DNA from: an uncultured Lentimicrobiaceae bacterium
Lineage (GTDB): Bacteria; Bacteroidota; Bacteroidia; Bacteroidales; 4484-276
Direction of reading: 5' to 3'
NCBI GenBank assembly: GCA_964612515.1
Contig: CAZTCX010000003.1
Span: forward strand, 1-56,544
DNA: 56,544 bases
Every line of letters begins with the position of its first letter. Within the stretch, counting starts at the first letter, position 1. Made by a program: the position numbers and the translations under genes. Below are positions 1-9,338 of this stretch, piece after piece. The notes beneath the pieces were generated by a model that saw only the letters and a program-made list of their open reading frames with translations, was not told where the DNA came from and did no database searches.

Positions 1-19
1 GTTGTGCATTCAGGATTTT

Positions 20-517
20 TTACTTTTTGATAGAAACCCGCACGGCGGCAATGCCTTTGGGTCCCATTTCCACTTCAAAACGCACCAGGTTGCCTTCTCT
101 GATATCTTCGAGCAGATTGACGGCATGAACGAAAACGCTCTCTTTGGTTTCGCTGTCGCGGATAAAACCATAGCCTTTGCTGTCGTTGAAGAAAGTCACC
201 GTGCCGGTACGGATGGGATCCATGGGTTCGTTGTTGCGTTTGGGAACGCCGATCTCGATGTCTTCAACATTAATTTCTTGTTTTAGGGCGGGATCGGGAG
301 CCGTTTCGCTCAGGCGGCCAAACTCATCCACATAGGCAATCATATCGTCCAAATCGCCTTTTTTGTCGCTCTCGCGCCTTGCAAGTCGCTTTTTCTCTTT
401 TTCTTTTCGCTTCTTCTCTTGCTTATTTCTTACTTCTTTTTTGTTGAATGTGTCTTGTGATCTTCCCATGGGTTTGTCTGAATCGGTGTTTTTATTATAA
501 ATTTTTCTTGTATTCAA
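20..517 (-). CDS. Cold-shock domain protein with Lys/Glu-rich N-terminal extension
   Basis: 165-aa ORF. The C-terminal ~65 aa is a CspA-type cold-shock domain (GTVTFFNDSKGYGFI ... SVFVHAVN). The N-terminal ~100 aa is low-complexity and K/E/R-rich. Confidence 0.85.
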   Translation of the reverse strand: MNTRKIYNKNTDSDKPMGRSQDTFNKKEVRNKQEKKRKEKEKKRLARRESDKKGDLDDMIAYVDEFGRLSETAPDPALKQEINVEDIEIGVPKRNNEPMDPIRTGTVTFFNDSKGYGFIRDSETKESVFVHAVNLLEDIREGNLVRFEVEMGPKGIAAVRVSIKK

Positions 518-727
518 TGTGTGCTTGGTAACAAAGCAATACCCATTCCGTGCCGTAGCCGTGAATGGGTATTGTCATCAATTCCGATTTAAAGGTTTCA
601 AATGTTGTATTGTCCTCTCTAAAGTTTTTTCGGTTTGTACAAGCTGGCAATTTCTCGCCAGCTTTAATGAGTTTTCAAATGTGATGCTTCCGCAAATTGT
701 TTGGAGGCATCCCATTGATACCTCCGA

Positions 728-988
728 TTAGCGATCGTAATCGGTTCTCTTGGGACGTGCTTCATTCACGATGATGTCACGGCTTTGAAATGCACTGCCG
801 TTTAACTCTTTGATAGCCTGTTTGGCTTCTTCGTCGTCATCCATGGTAACAAAACCAAAACCTTTGCTTCTGCCACTGAATTTATCAACGATAACTTTGG
901 CTGAACTTACGTTGCCATACGATTCGAATAACCCTTCCAGGTCGTTTTCATTTACCTTGAAATCAAGGTTTCCTACATAAATGTTCAT
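728..988 (-). CDS. RRM-type (RNP-1) RNA-binding protein
   Basis: 86-aa ORF with RNP-2 (IYVGNL) and RNP-1 (KGFGFVTM) motifs at canonical spacing. Confidence 0.9.
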   Translation of the reverse strand: MNIYVGNLDFKVNENDLEGLFESYGNVSSAKVIVDKFSGRSKGFGFVTMDDDEEAKQAIKELNGSAFQSRDIIVNEARPKRTDYDR

Positions 989-1289
989 TGTCTGATAAAA
1001 TTTAATTAAAGTAATTTTTGTTATTCAAAATGTTTGAGATATTAACTCAAAAATCTTCAAAATGTTTAAATGGGATTTATGCAAACGGGCAGTGAGGTAC
1101 TGTGAACAACAAGGTAAACTAGTAGAGCAAAGCTCAAAATTATAAATCGGTGGCAAAGATAGTTTTTTTATTTTGATAATCATTTGTGTAATTATTTTGC
1201 ATTTGCCTATCCAACCCCCTTTATTGTAGCGGCATTGGCAATGTTAAAGATTGCATATAAAAACATTTCGCCACCTCCGCGCGCTTCCT

Positions 1290-1297
1290 TACTTTTG
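1290..1297 (+). promoter_or_regulatory. Bacteroidota sigma-A -7 box (TACTTTTG) upstream of ftcD
   Basis: Exact TAnnTTTG match 43 nt upstream of the ATG at 1340. Confidence 0.45.
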
Positions 1298-1339
1298 TGC
1301 TTTCTTGTAGAAATCTCAAAATTGATAAAAAATTATAAA

Positions 1340-3025
1340 ATGAAACAACTGATCGAATGCGTTCCCAACTTTAGCGAAGGCCGCGATATGAGCATCATCC
1401 GGCAAATTACTCAGGAGATAGAAACAATAGAAGGTGTAAAACTGCTTGATGTGGACCCCGGCAAAGCTACCAACCGCACGGTGGTGACTTTTGTAGGCAC
1501 GCCCGAAGAGGTGATAGAGGCAGCTTTTCTGGCTGTAAAAAAAGCATCACACCTTATTGATATGTCCAAGCACCGTGGCGAACACCCGCGCATGGGCGCT
1601 ACCGATGTGTGTCCGCTGGTGCCGGTATCCAATATTACCATGGAAGAAACTGTGGAGTATGCTCACAGACTTGCCAAACGAATCGGCGAGGAGTTGCAGA
1701 TACCAGTTTATTGTTACGAAAGTGCTGCCCTTATCGAAAAGCGTCGCAACCTGGCAGTTTGTCGTTCAGGCGAATATGAAGGGTTGGCTGATAGGCTGGG
1801 GAAACCGGAATGGAAACCCGATTTCGGCCCGGCAAAGTTCAATGCACACAGCGGAGCCACTGCTGTGGGGGCACGCGATTTTTTGGTCGCTTACAATGTC
1901 AACCTCAACACAACTTCTACGCGCCGGGCTAACTCCATCGCTTTCGACATTCGTGAAAAGGGCCGTGTGAAACGCGAAGGCAATCCTGTAACAGGCAAAG
2001 TTGTAGTTGACGAGCAGGGCAACAAAGTTTATACTCCCGGCACACTTAAGTCGGTGAAAGGAATTGGTTGGTACATCGAAGAATACGGCATCGCCCAGAT
2101 CTCGCTCAATCTTACCAATATCAGCATCACGCCTGTGCATGTGGCGTTTGAAGAAGCGAGCCGCAAAGCTGCCGAGCGCGGTGTGCGTGTTACCGGTTCG
2201 GAACTGGTTGGCCTGGTGCCACTCAAAGCGCTGCTGGACGCCGGAAAATACTTTTTGCGTAAGCAACAACGATCTGTTGGCGTGTCGGAATCAGAGCTTA
2301 TCAAAATAGCTGTGAAATCCCTTGGACTGGATGATCTGAAGCCTTTCAATCCGAAAGAAAAAATCATCGAATACATGCTGGCCGCAGACCAAAATAAAAA
2401 GTTGGTGGATATGAGTCTTGCTGCTTTTGCTGACGAAACGGCCTCCGAGTCGCCGGCGCCGGGAGGTGGTTCCATCTCAGCTTACGCCGCCGTCATGGGC
2501 GTGTCGTTGGGTACGATGGTAGCTAACCTGAGTTCGCACAAGCGTGGCTGGGACGATCGCTGGGAAGAGTTTTCCGACTGGGCCGAAAAAGGACAAGCTT
2601 TCAAAGATGAGCTGCTCCACCTTGTGGATGAGGACACGCAAGCTTTCAATAAAATAATGGACGCCTTTGGGATGCCCAAAAATAGCGACCACGAAAAAGC
2701 CGACCGCAAATTGGCCATCGAAGAAGCCTCGAAATACGCAATGCAGATTCCTTTTAGGGTGATGCAGAAGTCATTCGAATCGATGCAGGTGATGAAAGCC
2801 ATGGCCACCATCGGCAATCCCAATTCGGTGTCGGATGCAGGCGTGGGTGCCCTCTGCGCAAGGGCTGCCGTAAGAGGCGCCTTCATGAATGTTCGCATCA
2901 ATGCTTCGGGCGTTGAGGATAAAGTATTTGTAGAAAAACTCATCAGCGAAGGCAAAGAGATCGAGAAAGCCGCCGAGGCACTCGAAAAAGAAATTGTTGC
3001 GCTGGTGGATGAAAAAATAAAATAG
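1340..3025 (+). CDS. ftcD: Bifunctional glutamate formimidoyltransferase / formimidoyltetrahydrofolate cyclodeaminase
   Basis: The N-terminus MKQLIECVPNFSEGRD is the typical formiminotransferase start. The ~330-aa transferase part is followed by a ~200-aa helical cyclodeaminase domain (SPAPGGGS...). I trimmed the track ORF (1184) to the ATG at 1340, which follows a TACTTTTG box at 1290. Confidence 0.85.
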   Translation: MKQLIECVPNFSEGRDMSIIRQITQEIETIEGVKLLDVDPGKATNRTVVTFVGTPEEVIEAAFLAVKKASHLIDMSKHRGEHPRMGATDVCPLVPVSNITMEETVEYAHRLAKRIGEELQIPVYCYESAALIEKRRNLAVCRSGEYEGLADRLGKPEWKPDFGPAKFNAHSGATAVGARDFLVAYNVNLNTTSTRRANSIAFDIREKGRVKREGNPVTGKVVVDEQGNKVYTPGTLKSVKGIGWYIEEYGIAQISLNLTNISITPVHVAFEEASRKAAERGVRVTGSELVGLVPLKALLDAGKYFLRKQQRSVGVSESELIKIAVKSLGLDDLKPFNPKEKIIEYMLAADQNKKLVDMSLAAFADETASESPAPGGGSISAYAAVMGVSLGTMVANLSSHKRGWDDRWEEFSDWAEKGQAFKDELLHLVDEDTQAFNKIMDAFGMPKNSDHEKADRKLAIEEASKYAMQIPFRVMQKSFESMQVMKAMATIGNPNSVSDAGVGALCARAAVRGAFMNVRINASGVEDKVFVEKLISEGKEIEKAAEALEKEIVALVDEKIK

Positions 3026-3170
3026 CATTGTCAGCTAAAGATTAAAACAAAGTGACCTTTTTAATAGGAGATGGGAGTGGAAGTAAATTCTTCGCTCCCC
3101 TTTTCTTATTACTAATCCGACTAAACATCCATTGCAGAGTGTGAAATATATCACGCCCTGATGAAAAGTT

Positions 3171-3178
3171 TATCTTTG
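3171..3178 (+). promoter_or_regulatory. -7 box (TATCTTTG) upstream of the Crp/Fnr gene
   Basis: TAnnTTTG match 22 nt upstream of the ATG at 3200. Confidence 0.45.
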
Positions 3179-3199
3179 TTTCCATTAAATTTTGGATGA

Positions 3200-3907
3200 A
3201 TGGCCACAAGAAAAAAACGAAAATCTGCTGGTTCGGGATGTTTACTCTGCCATGAGGCCTTTTGTGCGGTGGCTTCTCTCACGCAATCGCAGTTAAGTCT
3301 GTTGTACGGAAGTTCGCACGAAATGATTCTTACGCGCGGCGAGCATATTTACCAGCAGGGTGTACCCACATCTCACATCGCTTATCTGCGCAAGGGTCTG
3401 GTGATGGAGTATTTCCGTGCCGATAACCAACCTGACCGCATCATCAACATTGTGAAAAGCCGCGCCTACCTTGGGTTGCACTCATTATTTGGCGACGAAG
3501 CAAACCATTATTCATACAAGGCCCTCCAGGAGCTGCATGTTTGTTACATCGACGTGGAATCTTTTAAAAACCTGGTGCGTACCAACAATGAATTTGCTTA
3601 CGAGATACTGGTGTCGGTAAGCCGAGACAGTCTTAGCGGGCATCATCGGTTTTTGAATATCAATGCCAAGCAAACCTATGGTAAGGTGGCCGATGTGCTG
3701 TTGTATTTTGCACATATCGTTTACGGGAACAACAAGTTTGAATTGCCGCTAACGCGCCGGGAAATCGGCAGTATGATCGGCATCACGCGTGAAAGTACGA
3801 CCAAGGCGCTCGCCAAATTCCAGAGTGAAGGATTTATTGCTGTGGAAGGTAATATTCTGGAAATTTTAATGCCCGGTCAGCTCGAAATTATCAGCCGCAA
3901 TGGTTAG
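3200..3907 (+). CDS. Crp/Fnr-family transcriptional regulator with an FNR-like Cys cluster
   Basis: 235 aa with a cNMP-binding beta-roll followed by a C-terminal HTH (REIGSMIGITRESTTKALAKF). N-terminal C14-x2-C17-x4-C22 plus C115. Confidence 0.85.
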   Translation: MATRKKRKSAGSGCLLCHEAFCAVASLTQSQLSLLYGSSHEMILTRGEHIYQQGVPTSHIAYLRKGLVMEYFRADNQPDRIINIVKSRAYLGLHSLFGDEANHYSYKALQELHVCYIDVESFKNLVRTNNEFAYEILVSVSRDSLSGHHRFLNINAKQTYGKVADVLLYFAHIVYGNNKFELPLTRREIGSMIGITRESTTKALAKFQSEGFIAVEGNILEILMPGQLEIISRNG

Positions 3908-3909
3908 TG

Positions 3910-4350
3910 CTATCTGGTAATTGTGCTGGTCACCTTTTTTTCGAGCGTCAGGATGTTCCTGTTTTTCTCGCGTTTGTAAATTATCCTATCAGTAAGCTGA
4001 CGTACCAGATGAATTCCCAACCCACCCGGTGAACGCTGCAGGACAGGCAGCTCCAGGCTAGCTGGTGGAGGGGCTTCCAACGGATTAAAAGCTGCTGCAT
4101 CATCCCGTATTTCGACGCGCATCAAATGATTCTCCAACACTACCTTTACGAAAATAGCATGCTCTTTTTTATCATCATAGCCGTAATTGATCGTGTTGGT
4201 GATTACTTCTTCCGTGGCAAGCATGAGTTGCAAAACGTCATCCTGAACCAGGTTGCTTTCGACACCCAGTTGTTCTATCATCGCGCTCACCAGACCAATT
4301 TGGGAGATGTTGTTATTAATAGTTAGTTCGCTTGTTGCAGCAACAGCCAT
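3910..4350 (-). CDS. RsbW/SpoIIAB-like anti-sigma-factor serine kinase (HATPase_c family)
   Basis: 146 aa. N-box-like EEVITNTINYG and G-box-like PGGLGIHLVRQLTD, with length and layout typical of partner-switching kinases. ATG at 4350. Confidence 0.7.
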   Translation of the reverse strand: MAVAATSELTINNNISQIGLVSAMIEQLGVESNLVQDDVLQLMLATEEVITNTINYGYDDKKEHAIFVKVVLENHLMRVEIRDDAAAFNPLEAPPPASLELPVLQRSPGGLGIHLVRQLTDRIIYKREKNRNILTLEKKVTSTITR

Positions 4351-4789
4351 GACGAAAATTTTTTACGAAAATAAAGAAATCGCTGAAACGAAGCCTGTTC
4401 ATTTAATAGGTAAAATATTAGGTTTTAATTTTAATAAGCCAGCGACTAAAGACGATTGTTGGGATATTCCTGCTCTTTTAAAAGAAAGGACATTCCTTTT
4501 TAATACACATTCCCTTCTGATTGCATCTTTTCCATCCTGCATCAAAAACTCCTCATTTTATTCAAATCCAAGGTTAAAGTTTGGATTTACAAAAAGTCAA
4601 TAGAGTTTTGAAGTTTTAATAAATTTTCTTTTCAACGGAGCAAAAACCCTGAATTTATTCCTGAAATAGCCATTTTTCATGGTTTTATTCTAAATTCCTT
4701 TTAAATTGATGTAAGAAAATGTTTCTTTGTCGCCAATAAAATTAAATTTGCCCACTGCAAATAAACTTAAACACAAAACGTCAACTTTT

Positions 4790-7327
4790 ATGAAGAAAAT
4801 TCTAACCTTTATGGCAGCGGCTCTGCTACCTGCCATTACCTTTGCGAGCGAAGCTAATCTGGTCATTCCCGCCGGGATACAGGATGAAACAATCCTGTAC
4901 TGGGGCTTTTTGATTACGTTCGCTGGCTTTTTATTTGGGCTTTATCAATTTGTGAAGGTCAAAAAAATCAGAGCCCACCAATCGATGCTCGATGTGGCAC
5001 ATGTGATTTACGAAACTGGCAAGACCTATCTGATACAGCAGGGAAAGTTTTTGGCAATTTTATTTTTATTCATTGGCGCTGCCGTAGCCTTTTATTTTGG
5101 CTACCTCTCGCAGCATGAGATCATCGATCCGGTAACAGGTCAGACGCACCTTGAAAATTCCTTTGGTATCGGAGGCGTGTTGATGATTTTGGGGTGGACC
5201 GTGGTAGGTATTCTGGGCAGCTACAGCGTGGCATGGTTTGGCATCCGTATGAATACGCTTGCCAACTCGCGCATGGCTTTTGCCTCTCTGGAACGCAAGC
5301 CAATCAAGTTGTTGAATATTCCGCTCAATGCCGGCATGAGTATCGGCGTAGTGTTGATTTCGCTTGAGCTAATTATGATGCTCATCATTTTGCTGTATGC
5401 TCCCGGCGAATATGCCGGCGCCAGCTTTATCGGGTTTGCTATCGGCGAATCATTGGGTGCCTCGGTTTTGAGGATTGCTGGCGGTATCTTTACCAAAATT
5501 GCCGACATCGGTTCCGACCTGATGAAAGTGATCTTTAAAATTGGTGAAGACGACCCGCGCAACCCCGGCACCATTGCCGACTGTGTGGGCGACAATGCCG
5601 GCGATAGCGTTGGCCCAACCGCCGATGGTTTTGAAACCTATGGCGTTACAGGTGTAGCGTTGATTGCATTTATTTTGCTTGCCATTTCCTACAATCTGGG
5701 AAACATTGCCGACTTCAATCCTCAGTTTGTAACTTCGCTTGCGGCGTCACTAAATGTCGAGTCATTCTCTTTAAGCAGCAGCGAATCACTGAAAGTCCTT
5801 AGCGAAACCTTACAGGTTAAAATGCTTACGTGGATTTTCCTCATGCGTATTCTGATGATCATAACCTCGGTAGTCTCTTTCTGGATAAACAAAGCCCTAA
5901 CCAAATCCAAATACGAAAATGTCGATGATCTCGACTTTGAGAAGCCACTCACCTCATTAATATGGATCACCTCGCTGCTTTCTATCGCCGTAACCTTTGT
6001 GCTGAGCTATTTTGTCATCGGCAACCTGCCTGGCAATCTTTGGATTGTCCTTTCGGTAATTATCAGCGTCGGCACACTCGGTGCAGCAATTATCCCCGAA
6101 TTCACCAAGCTTTTTACCAGCCCCAAATCTACCCATGTAAATGAAGTGGTAGAAGCTTCTAAAAAAGGCGGCGCCTCACTAAATATTCTTTCGGGCCTGG
6201 TAGCCGGTAACTTCAGTGCCTTCTGGATGGGCATCGTCTTTTTTGTATTAATGTTTGTAGCCTACTATACCAGCACTTTTGGCTTGAGCGAACTTATGAT
6301 TTACCCGTCCATTTTTGCCTTCGGGCTGGTAGCTTTTGGGATGTTGGGCATGGGTCCGGTTACCATTGCAGTGGATAGTTATGGTCCTGTGACGGATAAC
6401 GCGCAATCCATTTATGAGCTTTCGCTGATTGAGGAACTACCTGGTATTTCTGCTGAGATTGAAAGAGATTTTGGCTTTAAGCCTGATTTTGAAAAATCAA
6501 AATATTACCTCGAAGCCAACGATGGCGCTGGCAATACTTTTAAAGCCACGGCAAAGCCCGTGCTCATTGGCACTGCTGTGGTTGGCGCTACCACCATGAT
6601 CTTCTCGTTGATTTTGGTGATAAAAGGAAAGCTGGGCGTGAATCCGGCAGAAATCCTCAACTTGCTCAACCCATACACCATCCTGGGATTCCTTCTGGGC
6701 GGTGCGGTCATCTATTGGTTTACGGGAGCATCCATTCAGGCAGTTACCACTGGAGCTGCCCGTGCCGTTGAGTTTATCAAAGTAAACATCAATCTCGACC
6801 CTAACGCTCCCAAGAAAGCCGACGTGGAGAAGTCGAAGCAGGTGGTACAGATTTGTACCCTTTACGCACAAAAAGGGATGTGGAATATTTTTATTGCCAT
6901 CTTCTCTTTTGCTTTGGCATTTGCACTGCTTTCGGCACCTTCGGAAAGCAATCTTCCTGTATCGCTCTTTGTAAGTTATCTTATCTCCATTGCCTTCTTC
7001 GGACTTTTTCAGGCGGTATTTATGGCCAATGCAGGTGGTTCTTGGGACAATGCTAAAAAAGTAATTGAAGTGGATATGAAAGAAAAAGGCACCGAGCTGC
7101 ACGCAGCCTCCGTGGTAGGCGACACAGTAGGCGACCCGTTTAAGGATACCTCCTCGGTAGCGCTTAATCCCATCATCAAATTCACTACGCTCTTTGGCTT
7201 GCTGGCCATGGAAATATCGCTGGCAGAAGGCTTCCGCGCCTATGCTCCTTATGTTGGCCTGGTATTCCTGCTTGTCGCGCTTTATTTTGTTTATCGTTCG
7301 TTTTACAAAATGCGCATTAATCAATAG
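4790..7327 (+). CDS. hppA: Membrane-integral proton/sodium-translocating pyrophosphatase
   Basis: Polytopic protein with M-PPase signatures GGIFTKIADIGSDL, DCVGDNAGD, GGSWDNAKK and GDTVGDPFKDTS. Start moved from TTG 4727 to ATG 4790 (MKKILTF...). Confidence 0.92.
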   Translation: MKKILTFMAAALLPAITFASEANLVIPAGIQDETILYWGFLITFAGFLFGLYQFVKVKKIRAHQSMLDVAHVIYETGKTYLIQQGKFLAILFLFIGAAVAFYFGYLSQHEIIDPVTGQTHLENSFGIGGVLMILGWTVVGILGSYSVAWFGIRMNTLANSRMAFASLERKPIKLLNIPLNAGMSIGVVLISLELIMMLIILLYAPGEYAGASFIGFAIGESLGASVLRIAGGIFTKIADIGSDLMKVIFKIGEDDPRNPGTIADCVGDNAGDSVGPTADGFETYGVTGVALIAFILLAISYNLGNIADFNPQFVTSLAASLNVESFSLSSSESLKVLSETLQVKMLTWIFLMRILMIITSVVSFWINKALTKSKYENVDDLDFEKPLTSLIWITSLLSIAVTFVLSYFVIGNLPGNLWIVLSVIISVGTLGAAIIPEFTKLFTSPKSTHVNEVVEASKKGGASLNILSGLVAGNFSAFWMGIVFFVLMFVAYYTSTFGLSELMIYPSIFAFGLVAFGMLGMGPVTIAVDSYGPVTDNAQSIYELSLIEELPGISAEIERDFGFKPDFEKSKYYLEANDGAGNTFKATAKPVLIGTAVVGATTMIFSLILVIKGKLGVNPAEILNLLNPYTILGFLLGGAVIYWFTGASIQAVTTGAARAVEFIKVNINLDPNAPKKADVEKSKQVVQICTLYAQKGMWNIFIAIFSFALAFALLSAPSESNLPVSLFVSYLISIAFFGLFQAVFMANAGGSWDNAKKVIEVDMKEKGTELHAASVVGDTVGDPFKDTSSVALNPIIKFTTLFGLLAMEISLAEGFRAYAPYVGLVFLLVALYFVYRSFYKMRINQ

Positions 7328-7348
7328 TGCCATTACCGATTTAAAATC

Positions 7349-7379
7349 AGCCGGATGCCACGTGTGTCCGGCTTTTTTT
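7349..7379 (+). terminator. Rho-independent terminator after hppA
   Basis: AGCCGGA ... TCCGGCT stem followed by a T7 run. Confidence 0.8.
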
Positions 7380-7442
7380 GTTTTAAAAAGGAAAAGAATT
7401 CTTTCTGTTTTAAAGTCTCATTCCATACTTGCAAGCTTCTAT

Positions 7443-7450
7443 TATCTTTG
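7443..7450 (+). promoter_or_regulatory. -7 box (TATCTTTG) upstream of the S8 protease gene
   Basis: TAnnTTTG match ~116 nt upstream of the ATG at 7566. Confidence 0.35.
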
Positions 7451-7565
7451 CTTTTTAATAAATAATAATTGTGCATGAATGATAAACCGATCAAACATGA
7501 ACCTAAAGTCGATCGGGATCGTTTATCAGTACAACCAATTAATTGATGACTAAATCAAATATCTT

Positions 7566-9275
7566 ATGATCAAAAAACTTACACTACTCCTTATCTTTGG
7601 CTTTTCAATGTTGTTTGCTTCGGCACAAATTAATGAAGGCGACAAGTATTTTGTAGCTTTTACCGACAAAGCCAATTCTCCTTTTTCGATAGAAAACCCT
7701 CAGGAATTCCTTTCGCAACGAGCCATCGAACGACGTGATCGCTTCAACATTCCGGTGGATGTCAATGACCTGCCGGTAAACCCGGCGTATGTTCAGGCTG
7801 TAGCCGATATTGGCGTGGCCATAACTTATCCCGTGAAATGGCTAAACGGGGTAGTGGTGCAAACCAACGATCCCAATAAGATTGTGGAAATAGAGGCACT
7901 TCCTTTTGTTAAAAATACCGTAAAGAATGTCGGGCTTAAAAGCGACGATTTGAAATTAGATGAATCGGATATTTTCGGGATGAACAAGCCTTACGAAATG
8001 AAGGAGTTTATCACTGAAGTTAAGGGTGTTTCTAAATCCGGTTCCGCTGTCAATAGTTTCGACTACGGCCCCAGCCTCAACCAAATTGAGATGATTGGTG
8101 GCGTTGCGCTTCACGACGACGGCTACCAGGGACAGGGAATGGTGATCGCCGTATTGGATGGCGGTTTCCTTTACACCGACCAAATGATAGCCTTCGACAG
8201 CCTGCGCCTCAATGGGTTAATCCTTAGCACCCGCGATTTTACGGAGCCTGGAAATAATGTTTATCAGAGCAGCACCCACGGCACATCGGTGCTTTCGACG
8301 ATGGGAGCTTACCTGCCAGGACAAATTATAGGCACAGCTCCTAAAGCAGCCTATCACCTGATCCGCACCGAATACACGCCCAACGAATACCTCATCGAAG
8401 AATACAATTGGGTGGCTGGCGCCGAATATGCCGACAGTGCCGGCGCCGATGTCATCAACTCATCACTGAGCTACAAGACTTTTGATAATCCAGCTCAAAA
8501 CCACGTGTACGCTGATATGGATGGTAACACAGCACCCGGAACCATCGGGGCTGATCATGCAGCGAGCGTTGGGATGATTGTGGTAAATAGCGCCGGCAAT
8601 TCCGGAGGATCCGACTGGCCATGGGTTGGCTCTCCGGCTGATGGCGACAGCGTTTTTTCGATTGGCGCCGTCAATGCAAGCGGGCAGTATGTCAGCTTTA
8701 GTTCCATTGGCCCCACTGCCGACGGTCGCCAAAAACCAAATGTTGTGGCACAGGGCGCCAGCGCGGTGGTCGCTTCGATAAATGGTGGCATTTCCAACGC
8801 AAGCGGCACCTCATTTTCTTCGCCTATCATCGCCGGAATGACCGCCTGCCTTTGGCAAATGGCACCCGACCTGCGCAACACTGACATTATGAATGCCATC
8901 CAGCAAAGCGCCTCCCAGTCCACCAATCCTGATTATCTGCTAGGCTATGGCATCCCCAACTATAGCGTGGCCGGAATTATCCTTTCGGGCTTCAACAGAA
9001 GCCGTGTGACCAGTGAAAACCGAATAAACATTTACCCAAGTCCTTTCACCGACCAGATTAACATCGTTTATCACTCAAGCGACACGCAAACTGTTACTAT
9101 TCAAATTGTGGATATCGCTGGCCGGCTGGTTTACCGCAAAGAAAATGTAGTACACAAGCAGGGTATCAACTATATTAAAGTACCTCAACTTCAGTCGCTC
9201 AAAAGCGGAGTGTACGTTGTTAAGATTTTCTCGGAAGGAGAGGTGATCTCACGCAAAATCCTTAAAACACTGTAA
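7566..9275 (+). CDS. Secreted subtilisin-family (S8) serine protease with T9SS C-terminal sorting domain
   Basis: Signal peptide. Catalytic triad contexts VAVLDGG (Asp), HGTSVLST (His) and SGTSFSSPIIAG (Ser). The last ~83 aa form a Por-type sorting domain. Confidence 0.9.
   Translation: MIKKLTLLLIFGFSMLFASAQINEGDKYFVAFTDKANSPFSIENPQEFLSQRAIERRDRFNIPVDVNDLPVNPAYVQAVADIGVAITYPVKWLNGVVVQTNDPNKIVEIEALPFVKNTVKNVGLKSDDLKLDESDIFGMNKPYEMKEFITEVKGVSKSGSAVNSFDYGPSLNQIEMIGGVALHDDGYQGQGMVIAVLDGGFLYTDQMIAFDSLRLNGLILSTRDFTEPGNNVYQSSTHGTSVLSTMGAYLPGQIIGTAPKAAYHLIRTEYTPNEYLIEEYNWVAGAEYADSAGADVINSSLSYKTFDNPAQNHVYADMDGNTAPGTIGADHAASVGMIVVNSAGNSGGSDWPWVGSPADGDSVFSIGAVNASGQYVSFSSIGPTADGRQKPNVVAQGASAVVASINGGISNASGTSFSSPIIAGMTACLWQMAPDLRNTDIMNAIQQSASQSTNPDYLLGYGIPNYSVAGIILSGFNRSRVTSENRINIYPSPFTDQINIVYHSSDTQTVTIQIVDIAGRLVYRKENVVHKQGINYIKVPQLQSLKSGVYVVKIFSEGEVISRKILKTL
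9024..9272 (+). other. T9SS (Por) C-terminal sorting domain of the S8 protease
   Basis: INIYPSPF...GVYVVKIF...ILKTL, the typical beta-sandwich CTD pattern at the extreme C-terminus. Confidence 0.75.
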
Positions 9276-9312
9276 TTGTTCCTGATTGTATCAGAAATCA
9301 TAAATATTTAAG

Positions 9313-9338
9313 AGCCGGAATTTTTCCGGCTTTTTTTG
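9313..9338 (+). terminator. Rho-independent terminator after the S8 protease gene
   Basis: AGCCGGAA-TTT-TTCCGGCT stem-loop followed by a T-run. Confidence 0.85.

Noticed and set aside
1184-1339. 5' extensions of track ORFs: 1184 (ftcD), 4727 (hppA), 26678 (SMP-30-like), 36620 (mpg), 43766 (giant protein), 49600 (YdjY-like), 35541 (hup), 11191 (ndk) and 12277 (FKBP).
   Set aside because: The extensions use TTG or distant starts, overlap upstream genes or terminators, and precede an ATG. That ATG begins either a conserved family N-terminus or a clean signal peptide.
4253-4603. 116-aa ORF in the rsbW-like / hppA intergenic region.
   Set aside because: It overlaps the kinase gene start antisense. 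Its composition is low-complexity and AT-driven, and it has no motifs or promoter box.
6497-7333. 278-aa ORF antisense to the pyrophosphatase gene. Similar long antisense ORFs occur at 32487-33323 (in pruA), 30864-31592 (in dnaE2), 16775-17377 (in clpC) and 47724-48314 (in the toroid gene).
   Set aside because: Each lies entirely inside a gene with strong family motifs on the other strand. Their translations are low-complexity, rich in Arg/Cys/His, and show no recognisable domains. They are shadow ORFs.
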